A stretch of 64,000 bases of DNA, from positions 223-64,222 of the forward strand of contig JBBQEJ010000006.1 of the NCBI GenBank assembly GCA_038320555.1, in the 5' to 3' direction. Origin of the DNA: Vicinamibacterales bacterium (lineage in GTDB: Bacteria; Acidobacteriota; Vicinamibacteria; Vicinamibacterales; 2-12-FULL-66-21). A model generated the notes under the pieces. The model was not told where the DNA came from and searched no databases. It worked only from the letters and a program-made list of their open reading frames with translations. Shown here in pieces: positions 32,499-41,108 of this stretch; position 1 is the stretch's first letter, and the number at the start of each line of letters is the position of its first letter. A program made the translations under genes and the position numbers.

Positions 32499-33509
32499 TC
32501 AGGATTCGCCGCGCTTCTCTTCAAGCATCGCGACAAGCTCGTCAACAAGATGCTGGTCCCGCCAACCCCGCCGGGCTTCGTTCGAGAGCTCCTCGAACGC
32601 GTCGGCCGCCGAAACCGCAAGCTTGTACGGCCGTGCGGTGGTAAGCGCGTCGTAAACATCGACAACGCTCATGATCTGGGCGAGCAGTGGCACGTGGGCG
32701 CCGCGCAGTCCATCCGGGTATCCCGTGCCGTCGAGCCGCTCATGGTGGTGGCGGACGATCGGGCGAACACGCCGCAACAGACGAAGCTCGCTGCACAGCC
32801 GGTCCCCGACGATGGTGTGTTGCTTGATCTGCTCGAATTCTTCGGCCGTCAGCCGCCCCGGCTTCAAAAGGATCGCGTCCGGCACCGCGATCTTGCCGAT
32901 GTCGTGGAGGACTCCGCCACGTTCGAGCGCCGCGAGGTCGGGCGAGGGCAGGCCGAGACGAACACCCAGTGAGGACGCGAGCTTCGAGAGTCGCTGGCAA
33001 TGTCCTTCGGTGGTCACATCGCGCGCTTCAACGGTGTGCGCCAGACTCATGATCACCGCTTCGGCCGAATCGAGTTCGTCCGTGTACGCCTTCAATCGAA
33101 GCAGGGACCGCACACGCGCACGCAGTTCGTGCGGGTCGAAAGGTTTCAGCAGAAAGTCGTCGGCCCCGGCCTCAATCCCCCTCAGTCGATCTTCGTGCCC
33201 CTGAAAAGAGGTCACCAGGACGACCGGAATCAGGCGGCTCGCAGGATTGGCTTTGATCGCACGGCAGAGATCGACGCCGTCGCGGCGCGGCATGACGACA
33301 TCGGTCAGGACGATATCGGGCGCTTCGCGCTCGACGATCGCCAGCGCTTCAACCCCGTCGTTTGCGGTCATCACCGAGTACCCCTCGCGCGTCAGCAACT
33401 GCTTCAGCAGCGTAAGGTTCGCCGGCGCGTCGTCTACGACGAGCACACGGGCATCCAGCGGACCCAGTTCGTCACCTTCGTTTGCGCGCGATCCGACTGA
33501 CAGCATCAC
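32499..33509 (-). CDS. Response regulator with HD-GYP domain (RpfG-like c-di-GMP phosphodiesterase)
   Basis: It has a REC domain (VLTDVVMPRRDG, LKPF), HDIGK and HHERLDGTGYPDGL. Confidence 0.9.
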   Translation of the reverse strand: MMLSVGSRANEGDELGPLDARVLVVDDAPANLTLLKQLLTREGYSVMTANDGVEALAIVEREAPDIVLTDVVMPRRDGVDLCRAIKANPASRLIPVVLVTSFQGHEDRLRGIEAGADDFLLKPFDPHELRARVRSLLRLKAYTDELDSAEAVIMSLAHTVEARDVTTEGHCQRLSKLASSLGVRLGLPSPDLAALERGGVLHDIGKIAVPDAILLKPGRLTAEEFEQIKQHTIVGDRLCSELRLLRRVRPIVRHHHERLDGTGYPDGLRGAHVPLLAQIMSVVDVYDALTTARPYKLAVSAADAFEELSNEARRGWRDQHLVDELVAMLEEKRGES

Positions 33510-33626
33510 AATTTGAAAACGAGAACCTCAACAGACGGGCGACGGGCGTCCGGGCGGCGGGGCTGGGAAGCGGAATCGCAGCCTGTGCCGTTCATCGTAT
33601 CGGCCGTGCGCGGAACTAACTATCCT

Positions 33627-33700
33627 TGTTTGTCCGACAGTAGCGGTTCCGTGCCGTTCCGGGAAGTCTTCCTTTGTGCCGTGTAGGTGTTTGTCCGACA
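33627..33700. promoter_or_regulatory. Two exact copies of TGTTTGTCCGACA, 61 nt apart, in the divergent regulatory spacer
   Basis: Copies are at 33627-33639 and 33688-33700. The second overlaps TTGTC-N10-GACAA. Confidence 0.4.
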
Positions 33701-33744
33701 CGAAGACAAATGTTTTGTTTTCACGCGCCTGAACACCTGCCACA

Positions 33745-35292
33745 ATGTGGCTCGATCCACGGACTCACGAGATGCCCCCACCTGCATCCCCGGTCGGAAC
33801 GCGCCCTTCACTTTTCCTGGCATCCCTCTCGGGTGTCTTTGAGCACCCGCCCCTCATGGCCTGGATTGCCGACGTGGACGGCCGGTGCACATTCACCAAT
33901 CGCCAGTACTTGACGTTCGCGGGTCGTACGCTCGAAGAGGAACCCGGGTTGCGCTGGACTGCTCTCGTGCATCCGGACGATCGCGACGCGTGTCTGTCCG
34001 CTTACTTGAAGGCGCACGAGGCGCGGATCCCGTTTCATTCGTCCCAGCGCTGGCGGCGCAGCGATGGCGTTTACCGTCTCGTGGAAATATCGGGCGTGCC
34101 TGTATTTGACCCATCCGGCCAATTTCATGGGTACGTGGGACTGTGCCGCGATGTGGCGGATCAAGGCGACGCGGCACCCGCCCTGGCGCAAACATACGGG
34201 CACCCCCAACTGGTTGCCACGAACGCGGACGAGATGATCGCGAACATGAACGACGCCGTACTCGTCGAGTCCGACGACGGACGTGTGGTGCTGGCGAACG
34301 AAGCATTCTGCCGGTTGTTTCAGCTCGACACTCCGCTGCAGGAATTGAGGGGCATGGAAGCGGATCGGCTGACGAAGCAACTGAACCCCGTGGCGGTGCG
34401 TCTCGACAAGATGAAAAAGAGGGGTCGTCGATCGGTCGGCGAGGAGGTCAGCCTCACCGATGGGCGCGTTCTGGAACTGCACTATGCGCCGGTCGCTCGC
34501 GAAGGCGAGGCCGCCCTGCACCTGTGGCAGTACCGCGAGATCACGGCGCGGAAAAGCTTCGAAGCTGAACTTCATCTGTCGCGCCAACGGCTCAGGAACT
34601 TGGCGGCGCGCGACGAGGCGGTCCGGGAAGAAGAGCGGCGCAGCGCCGCCCGGATGCTTCACGACGAGCTCGGCCAGCTGCTCACGTCGGTCAAGCTCGA
34701 GGTCGCGGCTGCGGCCGACATGTTTCGTGAGCGTCCGGATGAACAAGGCTTTCCTGTCGTGGATCGACTGCAATCGGCCGCCGGCCTTCTGGACGTCTGT
34801 ATCAAGACCGTTCAGCGCGTGTCGGCGAAGCTGAGGCCGACCCCCCTGCCCGAGATGTGCATCTCGGACGCCATACGCTGGGAGGCGCTGCTGTTCGAGC
34901 AACGGAGCAGGATCCGATGCCGCGTCGGCGTCACCCCGCCGAAACTGGAGGTCGATTCCGACCGATCCGCCGTCCTCTATCGCATCCTGCTCGAGGCGCT
35001 GACCAACGTCGTGCGGCACGCAGACGCGAGTGCCGTACAGATTTCCCTGAAGAAAGCCAGCGGCGTGGTCTTCCTGTCGGTGCGCGACAATGGACGTGGC
35101 ATCGCCCCGGAGGAAGTTGACAACCCGGCGACGATGGGACTGCTGGGCATGCGCGAACGCGCACTGGGCGTCGGCGGCGATGTCCGGATCACGAGAAACG
35201 CGCGTGGCGGAACAACCGTTATGGTGATCCTCCCGCTTCCGCCGGAGCGGTCCGCCTCCGTCATGCCTGAGGGCGGACCTGTGCAGGCGTGA
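33745..35292 (+). CDS. PAS-domain sensor histidine kinase (HisKA_3 / NarX-DegS type)
   Basis: It has two PAS-like regions, the H-box LHDELGQLLTSVKLE, and HATPase motifs LTNVVRHA, DNGRGI and GLLGMRERA. Confidence 0.9.
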   Translation: MWLDPRTHEMPPPASPVGTRPSLFLASLSGVFEHPPLMAWIADVDGRCTFTNRQYLTFAGRTLEEEPGLRWTALVHPDDRDACLSAYLKAHEARIPFHSSQRWRRSDGVYRLVEISGVPVFDPSGQFHGYVGLCRDVADQGDAAPALAQTYGHPQLVATNADEMIANMNDAVLVESDDGRVVLANEAFCRLFQLDTPLQELRGMEADRLTKQLNPVAVRLDKMKKRGRRSVGEEVSLTDGRVLELHYAPVAREGEAALHLWQYREITARKSFEAELHLSRQRLRNLAARDEAVREEERRSAARMLHDELGQLLTSVKLEVAAAADMFRERPDEQGFPVVDRLQSAAGLLDVCIKTVQRVSAKLRPTPLPEMCISDAIRWEALLFEQRSRIRCRVGVTPPKLEVDSDRSAVLYRILLEALTNVVRHADASAVQISLKKASGVVFLSVRDNGRGIAPEEVDNPATMGLLGMRERALGVGGDVRITRNARGGTTVMVILPLPPERSASVMPEGGPVQA

Positions 35293-35912
35293 GACGCGTT
35301 CTCCTCGTTGACGATCATCCGGTGATCCGTCAAGGGATCCGCCGCATCCTCACCAATGCGCTGACCGATCTCGACGTCTCCGAAGCCGAAACCGGCGAAC
35401 AGGCCATCTCGCTGTGTGAGACAGGCGGCTGGGATCTCGTCATTCTCGATCTGTCGTTGCCAGGCCTGAGCGGCCTCGAGGTCATTCGCGACCTCCTTCG
35501 GGTCCAGCCTCATGCGCGCATCATCGTCGTCAGCGTGCATCCCCCTCACCACTTCGCGCGTCGTGCGATGTCGGTGGGAGCGCTTGCGTATCTGGAAAAG
35601 AGCGCCGCGCCCGAGGAAATGGTAAAGGCCGTGACGGAGGTTCTGGGAGGGCGTTCGTATGTCACGATGCCGGCATCCGACAGCCCTCGGGGCCGCGGGG
35701 CACAGGGACCGCTGCATGAACGGCTCTCGGATCGGGAGTATCAGGTGCTTCGCATGCTGGGCGTGGGGAAGACGGTCTCGGAGATCGCCGCGGAGCTGGC
35801 GCTGAGCGTGAAAACCGTCAGCACCTATCGAACGCGCGTGCTCGAAAAGATGGACCTGCGAACGACGGCGGAACTGATGCACTACGTCATCAACCACGGC
35901 CTGATTCCATGA
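35289..35912 (+). CDS. LuxR/NarL-family response regulator
   Basis: It has REC (VILDLSLPGLSG) plus LSDREYQVLRMLGVGKTVSEIAAELALSVKTVSTYR. A 4-nt overlap links it to the kinase gene. Confidence 0.92.
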   Translation: MRRVLLVDDHPVIRQGIRRILTNALTDLDVSEAETGEQAISLCETGGWDLVILDLSLPGLSGLEVIRDLLRVQPHARIIVVSVHPPHHFARRAMSVGALAYLEKSAAPEEMVKAVTEVLGGRSYVTMPASDSPRGRGAQGPLHERLSDREYQVLRMLGVGKTVSEIAAELALSVKTVSTYRTRVLEKMDLRTTAELMHYVINHGLIP

Positions 35913-35946
35913 CGAGGGATCAGATGCCGGCGGCCGCGTGTCGCCT

Positions 35947-36393
35947 TTATCGCCGAGCCAACTCTCGTGAATTCCGGTAGTTCGTCGCGACGACGGCAGC
36001 GGTCGCGACGTTGAGCGCAATCATCGTGACAAGTGCGGCCGTGCGGCTCTTCTTCTCGATCGCCTTCACCCCGCCCATCGTGGCCGCGGCGAGCAACGCC
36101 TTCGTGGCGGTAGCCTGCCCATAGCTGCCGGTCATCATCGGGTTGACTTCGCGGGCGCCTTCCTGGCGCGCCTTAATCGTGGAGACCATGTCGAGCGTCT
36201 GGAGCGCGCCGTAGGATCCATAAAGAACGTTGAGCGCTGCCGACGAGGGTCCTTTGGGTCCGGCTTCTTTCGCCCACGCGGCCGCAACCGCCGCCGACGG
36301 CGCCACGACTTCCGGCTTGTCAGCAGCAAAGGCCGGCGCCGAAACGGACAGGACGATGAGGGCGGCCATCGGGCGAAGCAGCGAACGGAACAT
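35947..36393 (-). CDS. Small exported/membrane hypothetical protein (DUF5658-like)
   Basis: It has the signal peptide MFRSLLRPMAALIVLSVSAPAFA and LDMVSTIKARQEGAREVNP. The domain name is from memory only. Confidence 0.45.
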   Translation of the reverse strand: MFRSLLRPMAALIVLSVSAPAFAADKPEVVAPSAAVAAAWAKEAGPKGPSSAALNVLYGSYGALQTLDMVSTIKARQEGAREVNPMMTGSYGQATATKALLAAATMGGVKAIEKKSRTAALVTMIALNVATAAVVATNYRNSRELARR

Positions 36394-36622
36394 CCCAGCT
36401 CCTTTGTGACTCGCGCACTATCGCGCGATGCACCCCTCTAAAGCGGGATCAATGCCGACCGTGGCAATTATTTAAGTGTTTATTTATCATCTACTTACGA
36501 GCACGTGTGTCCCGCGGATGTGCGCGCGGTGCCCGGCATCGTCACACCAGTGTGCCAGGCGTGGCGCATAGGCCGCACAGAGGCAGCCCAAGCTGCCGGA
36601 TGAACACCCGGGTGACAGGATG

Positions 36623-39457
36623 CTACCGTCTCGCCTCGCTGGTGGATGGACTGGCCGCGGTACTTGCCCCAAGGTAAATGCCATTGAAGAGGAACTTGAA
36701 CGTGCCGTGCGGCTGTGCCCGGAACGTGATCTCAGGCGCAAACATGACGATGCGGCCCTTCCCGATGGTGGCTTGAAGGATCTCGACACCGCCGTTGAGG
36801 TAACCCTGGCCGTAGGCCCATCCACTTCGCAGCGGCGTGGCGGTGTCGAACCAGGCCACTGGCCTGACACCCTTCCCCTGCGCGTCAGGCCCGAGGCTGA
36901 ACACGGGACTGTTGTCGAAGAACACGTCTACGTGGGTATCGAAGCCGTGCGCGATCGGCGCGGTGTTGTCGACCATCATGCGCAGGACCGAACCCGGCAC
37001 ATAGTACTTCTCCGCGGGAAGCGGCCGCACGGTGCCGTCCGGCGATCGCTCGACCAGCTGACTGCTGACCGGCAGGCCGAACACCTGCGCGAGATTCATC
37101 GCCGAGCGACCCACCGCGAGAATGGTCCCGCCCTCCTCGACAAACTTCCGCAGCTGGGGTCCGGTCTCCGCCGCGGTGTATGAACCGAGCATCGGCTGGT
37201 ACTCCGCAGGAATGCTGTCGCCGCCACCGCCGCCGCGGCCGCCCCCAAACGCGCCGCCGCCCTCGCCCAAGGCGGGTCCCACACCCGAGGGAAAGATCAA
37301 CACGTCAAAGCGGCTCGACAGGTTGCCGGCGTCGAGCACCTTCGGATAGACGACCTCGAACGGGAACTCGAATTGCTCGAGAATGAAACGAGTCCACCCC
37401 GACGGCATCGAGCCGCCGTATTGATCGGCAAGGCCGATGCGGACCTTCCGAAGCGCGATCGCTCCGGCCGTCGCCAGCGACGGCGGCGCGGTGTCGAAGC
37501 TCACCCCGAGCTCCGTCGCAAGCTTCTGCAACTCGGCGGCTGTCGCACCCTTGATATGGAACGGGCTCTCGCCGCTTTGCACCCACTGCACGTCGCGGCC
37601 GGCGGCAAGCAGGCGGTTCACCGCGATGAACGCGTTGTTCCCGGCGTGGCTCAGCACGACTCCGCCGGCCGACGGCTGCGCGATCCTGCCAGGCGCGGGC
37701 CGCTGGAGTCCGTTCACTTTTTCAAAGGGACCATCGAAGCCTTCCAGCACGCGGTCGAATCTCACGCCCATCTGGTACGCGAGCGTCCAGCCGGCGTTGT
37801 CATACGGTCGCGTCGGCGGGCCTCCGGGGTACGGAATGTCGTCAGGATGATCCTGTGGCTCGAACATGTCGAGCACGTGCGGCCGAAACGCCTGCGCGGA
37901 TTTCACGACGTACGAGCCGGCCGGATAGGGTTTTCCACTCACCGTGAAAGAGACTGTCGCGCGATGCACGGCAATGCCCGTCTTGATCAACGTGTTGATG
38001 AATTTCGTGGCTGTCGGAAAGTCGGGCTGATCGGACGGCAGGATGAATCCGCGCGGATCGCGCAGGATGGGATCGCGCAGAAGGGATTTGAACTGTTCAA
38101 TGGTCGCCCCGCGGCCGCCCCGCCCTCCTCCTCCCCCTGCCGCCGGCTCATCTCCTGCGAGCGTATCGGCGGAGGACGCGCTCCGGCCTCCAGGTCCCCC
38201 GCTCGCAGGCGCCAGCGCGGCCTGTGCCGCAATGATATGTCGCGGGGTCGTCGTCCAATTATCGCGGTTCCCCCGCTCGATTGAGTTCTTCCCCATCTGG
38301 TAGATGTTGTAGAGGAAGGTGTCCTTGTTCCGCGATGCGACGTCGAAGACCGCATAGTTCGCGGTCACCGAGTAATCGATCGACTGGCGGAAGTGCCAGA
38401 TCTGCTGCGGCTCGATCGGGTAATACAAGCTCGAGTCCGGCAGCAGTCTTGACGGCACGAACGGAATGTTGACAGGGGTCGGGTTCCCGATCGTTTCCGT
38501 CAGCAAGCCGATCATGTTGTGGAAGTACACGGTCGTCCGCAAGCCGCCGTTCCACCACGTCGAGTAGCTCGATCCCTTCCGGCTCGTCAATCCTGGCTTC
38601 CCCTCCGCCGCCATGCGGCTGGCCATCGCCGCGCCGACGATGTCGATCCCGATGGGCACCAGCGGATCGAAATTGAAGTTGAAGGGATCGCGGAAGGGTG
38701 GCGCGAACATCACCGCGCCGGCAGGGCCGGTCTGGTGATGGTTGTACATGATCTGCGGGAACCATTCCGTGTAAAGCACCTTGTTCATGTTGACGCTTTC
38801 CGGCAGGTTCGACATGTAGAAGTCGCGGTTGTTGTCGTGCCCCGCGTACTTCTCATAGAGCCGAGGCAGTCCGTTCGTCGAGCGGCGCGCCGGATCCTCC
38901 TCGCGCATGTACCAGCTCGACACGAGCTGCATGCCATCCGGATTCGCATGCACGGCGAGAATCACCAGATCGTTTAGAAACCGCGTCGTTTCGGGATCAT
39001 TGCGACTCACGAGCTGGTAGACCGTTTCGATCAACTGGTGCGCCCCGAGCACTTCCGTCGCGTGGAGGCCCCCGTCGAACCAGACGATCGCCCTGCCTTC
39101 CTTCGCGAGCGCGCGCGCCTGCTCGTCGTTGAGGCCGTCGACTGTCGCGAGCCTCCGCGAGATGTCTTTGTAGCGATCCAGTTTCTTGAAATTCTCAGGC
39201 GAAGTGATGATGGCCATCAGTTGCGGGCGGCCTTCGGCCGTCTTGCCGATCTCGACGACTTTCATCCGATCGGATTCCTTGTCGAGTTTCTGCCAGTACT
39301 GGACGAACTGATCGTAGGTGGCGAGTTGGTAATCGTCGCCGATATTGAACCCGAAGTGCTGCTTCGGGGTGGTAATCCCCTGCGCTGCGGAAGAAGCGGT
39401 GAGGGTAAGAAGGATCGCGAGCGAAAGGATGAGTGACCGCGGGGTGCGCTTGAGCAT
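36623..39457 (-). CDS. Large exported M14-family peptidase-like protein (paralogue of 8874..11945)
   Basis: ORF 36623..39658. The start is ATG 39457 (MLKRTPRSLILSLAILL...), preceded by GGAGGG. It has HxxE in GGLHATEVLGAHQLIETVYQL and a Gly-rich insert GGGGGRGGRG. Confidence 0.75.
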   Translation of the reverse strand: MLKRTPRSLILSLAILLTLTASSAAQGITTPKQHFGFNIGDDYQLATYDQFVQYWQKLDKESDRMKVVEIGKTAEGRPQLMAIITSPENFKKLDRYKDISRRLATVDGLNDEQARALAKEGRAIVWFDGGLHATEVLGAHQLIETVYQLVSRNDPETTRFLNDLVILAVHANPDGMQLVSSWYMREEDPARRSTNGLPRLYEKYAGHDNNRDFYMSNLPESVNMNKVLYTEWFPQIMYNHHQTGPAGAVMFAPPFRDPFNFNFDPLVPIGIDIVGAAMASRMAAEGKPGLTSRKGSSYSTWWNGGLRTTVYFHNMIGLLTETIGNPTPVNIPFVPSRLLPDSSLYYPIEPQQIWHFRQSIDYSVTANYAVFDVASRNKDTFLYNIYQMGKNSIERGNRDNWTTTPRHIIAAQAALAPASGGPGGRSASSADTLAGDEPAAGGGGGRGGRGATIEQFKSLLRDPILRDPRGFILPSDQPDFPTATKFINTLIKTGIAVHRATVSFTVSGKPYPAGSYVVKSAQAFRPHVLDMFEPQDHPDDIPYPGGPPTRPYDNAGWTLAYQMGVRFDRVLEGFDGPFEKVNGLQRPAPGRIAQPSAGGVVLSHAGNNAFIAVNRLLAAGRDVQWVQSGESPFHIKGATAAELQKLATELGVSFDTAPPSLATAGAIALRKVRIGLADQYGGSMPSGWTRFILEQFEFPFEVVYPKVLDAGNLSSRFDVLIFPSGVGPALGEGGGAFGGGRGGGGGDSIPAEYQPMLGSYTAAETGPQLRKFVEEGGTILAVGRSAMNLAQVFGLPVSSQLVERSPDGTVRPLPAEKYYVPGSVLRMMVDNTAPIAHGFDTHVDVFFDNSPVFSLGPDAQGKGVRPVAWFDTATPLRSGWAYGQGYLNGGVEILQATIGKGRIVMFAPEITFRAQPHGTFKFLFNGIYLGASTAASPSTSEARR

Positions 39458-39688
39458 CGATGGCCCTCCAGTTGGACGGCCAACGATACTACGAAGGAGA
39501 CGCCCTACCCTTTCGCCTACTGGATCGGATTCCCCGCGGGGGGCGGCCCAATTTCCGGCATGGTCGCCGACAGCGTCGAGGTGTGCCGGAAGATCGGACC
39601 GCACCCTGAAGAGCAGCACGTCAGGGACGGCGCCTATCCTCCTGGAGGAGGGTGGCACTTCCCTGGTACGGCGGCTGGACTCTCCCGG

Positions 39689-39718
39689 TTGACGATTGTA
39701 CTAATGCACTAGTATAAT
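39689..39718 (+). promoter_or_regulatory. Near-consensus sigma70 promoter TTGACG-N18-TATAAT, 7 nt before the GntR GTG
   Basis: Read directly. It contains TACTA-N6-TAGTA/ACTAGT dyads, which may be the operator. Confidence 0.6.
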
Positions 39719-39725
39719 AACTCAA

Positions 39726-40106
39726 GTGGCCGTGCTCTCCATCGATTCGAACGACCCGACCCCCATCTACGCGCAACTCGAGCGCGCCTTGCGGGCCGGC
39801 ATCGCAACCGGACGGCTGCAGCCGGGCGATCAGCTTCCCACGGTCCGGCAGCTCGCCGTCGATCTGCGCGTCAACGCCAATACGGTCGCGCGCGTGTACG
39901 CGGAACTGGAACGCGCCGCGGTCATTGAAACCCGCCGCGGCGTGGGCTCGTTCATCAGCGCCACGCCCGCCCAGGCCCGCCCCCCGCGCGAGCACGAACG
40001 GCGGCTGCGCGCCTTTGCCACCCGCGTGCTGGCCGACGCCGATACGGCCGGATTCGACCTCGACGAGGTCATCGCTGCGCTTCGTGCGCACAAAGGAGGA
40101 GCATAA
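39726..40106 (+). CDS. GntR-family (YtrA-like) transcriptional regulator
   Basis: Sequence PIYAQLERALRAGIATGRLQPGDQLPTVRQLAVDLRVNANTVARVYAELE. It has a GTG start. Confidence 0.9.
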   Translation: MAVLSIDSNDPTPIYAQLERALRAGIATGRLQPGDQLPTVRQLAVDLRVNANTVARVYAELERAAVIETRRGVGSFISATPAQARPPREHERRLRAFATRVLADADTAGFDLDEVIAALRAHKGGA

Positions 40107-41030
40107 ATGGTTCCGGTAATCTTCGGACGCGGCGGGCAGGACTCGCGCGTCAGCTTTCCGCGCGTGAACGTCGTGTCGGTGGCGATCCTGCTCGCGTCGC
40201 TCGGTCTCGGGTTCCTCGGGATGAATGCCGTCGGCAGCCCCGTCCCCCTCATCGTCATGGCGCTGGCCGGCGCGGTGCTGATGCAGGCGCCCAGGGTCGC
40301 CGAGCAGTGGGAGCGGGCCGTCGTCCTCCGGCTGGGGCGGTTCGTCGGGCTGCACGGACCGGGGCTGTTCTGGATCGTGCCGTTCCTGGATCGCGTATCG
40401 TCGTGGATCGATCAGCGCACGATCACGACCACGTTCGCGGCGGAGCAGACGCTGACCTCGGACACCGTGCCTGTCAACGTCGACGCTGTGCTCTTCTGGA
40501 TGGTTCACGACGCGCAGAAGGCGGCGCTCGAAGTCCAGGAGTACGAACAGGCCGTGAGCTGGGCGGCGCAGACGGCGCTCCGCGACATCATCGGCCGGAC
40601 CGCGCTCACCGAGCTGTTGCGCGGACGCGAGCGCATCGAGGGCGAACTGCAGCAGCTCATCGATCAACGGTCGAACCCGTGGGGCGTGACCGTCTCGTCG
40701 GTCGAAATGCGCGACGTCGTCATTCCGGTCGCGCTGCAGGATGCCATGTCGCGCGAGGCGCAGGCTGCGCGCGAGAAGCAGGCGCGCATCATCCTCGGAC
40801 AGGCCGAGATGGAAATCGCGCACTCGTTCCAGGAAGCCGCCAAGTCGTATCACGACAACCCGACGGCCCTTCACCTCCGCGCGATGAACATGCTGTACGA
40901 GGGATTGAAGGAGAAGGGCGCGCTCATGCTGATCCCGAGCAGCGCCGTCGAGTCGATGGGTATGGGCGGCATGCTAGGAGCCGCGGCCATGCGGCAGGAG
41001 CGACTCACGGGCGGCGGCGACGGGACGTAA
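40107..41030 (+). CDS. SPFH/Band-7 (slipin/stomatin-like) protein
   Basis: It has EQWERAVVLRLGRFVGLHGPGLFWIVPFLD, TLTSDTVPVNVDAVLFW and an AEMEIA coiled region. It starts immediately after the GntR stop. Confidence 0.9.
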   Translation: MVPVIFGRGGQDSRVSFPRVNVVSVAILLASLGLGFLGMNAVGSPVPLIVMALAGAVLMQAPRVAEQWERAVVLRLGRFVGLHGPGLFWIVPFLDRVSSWIDQRTITTTFAAEQTLTSDTVPVNVDAVLFWMVHDAQKAALEVQEYEQAVSWAAQTALRDIIGRTALTELLRGRERIEGELQQLIDQRSNPWGVTVSSVEMRDVVIPVALQDAMSREAQAAREKQARIILGQAEMEIAHSFQEAAKSYHDNPTALHLRAMNMLYEGLKEKGALMLIPSSAVESMGMGGMLGAAAMRQERLTGGGDGT

Positions 41031-41032
41031 GT

Positions 41033-41108
41033 AAAAAGGGATAAGGCAAAAGGGAAAAGGGAAAAGTGAAAATCGTTGTCCCTTCTCCCTTTTCCCTTGT
41101 CCCTTTCT
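41033..41108. repeat. Long imperfect inverted repeat built from heptamers (AAAAGGG-type arm and its complement)
   Basis: Left arm aaaaagggataaggcaaaagggaaaagggaaaag, right arm gtcccttctcccttttcccttgtccctttctt. It fills the convergent slipin/ettA spacer and is a probable bidirectional terminator. Confidence 0.75.

Noticed and set aside
39650-39670. TGGCAC at 39654-39659 as a sigma54 -24 element.
   Set aside because: No GC dinucleotide or TTGC lies at the required N5 spacing (the sequence reads TGGCACTTCCCTGGTA), and no suitably placed downstream gene is present.
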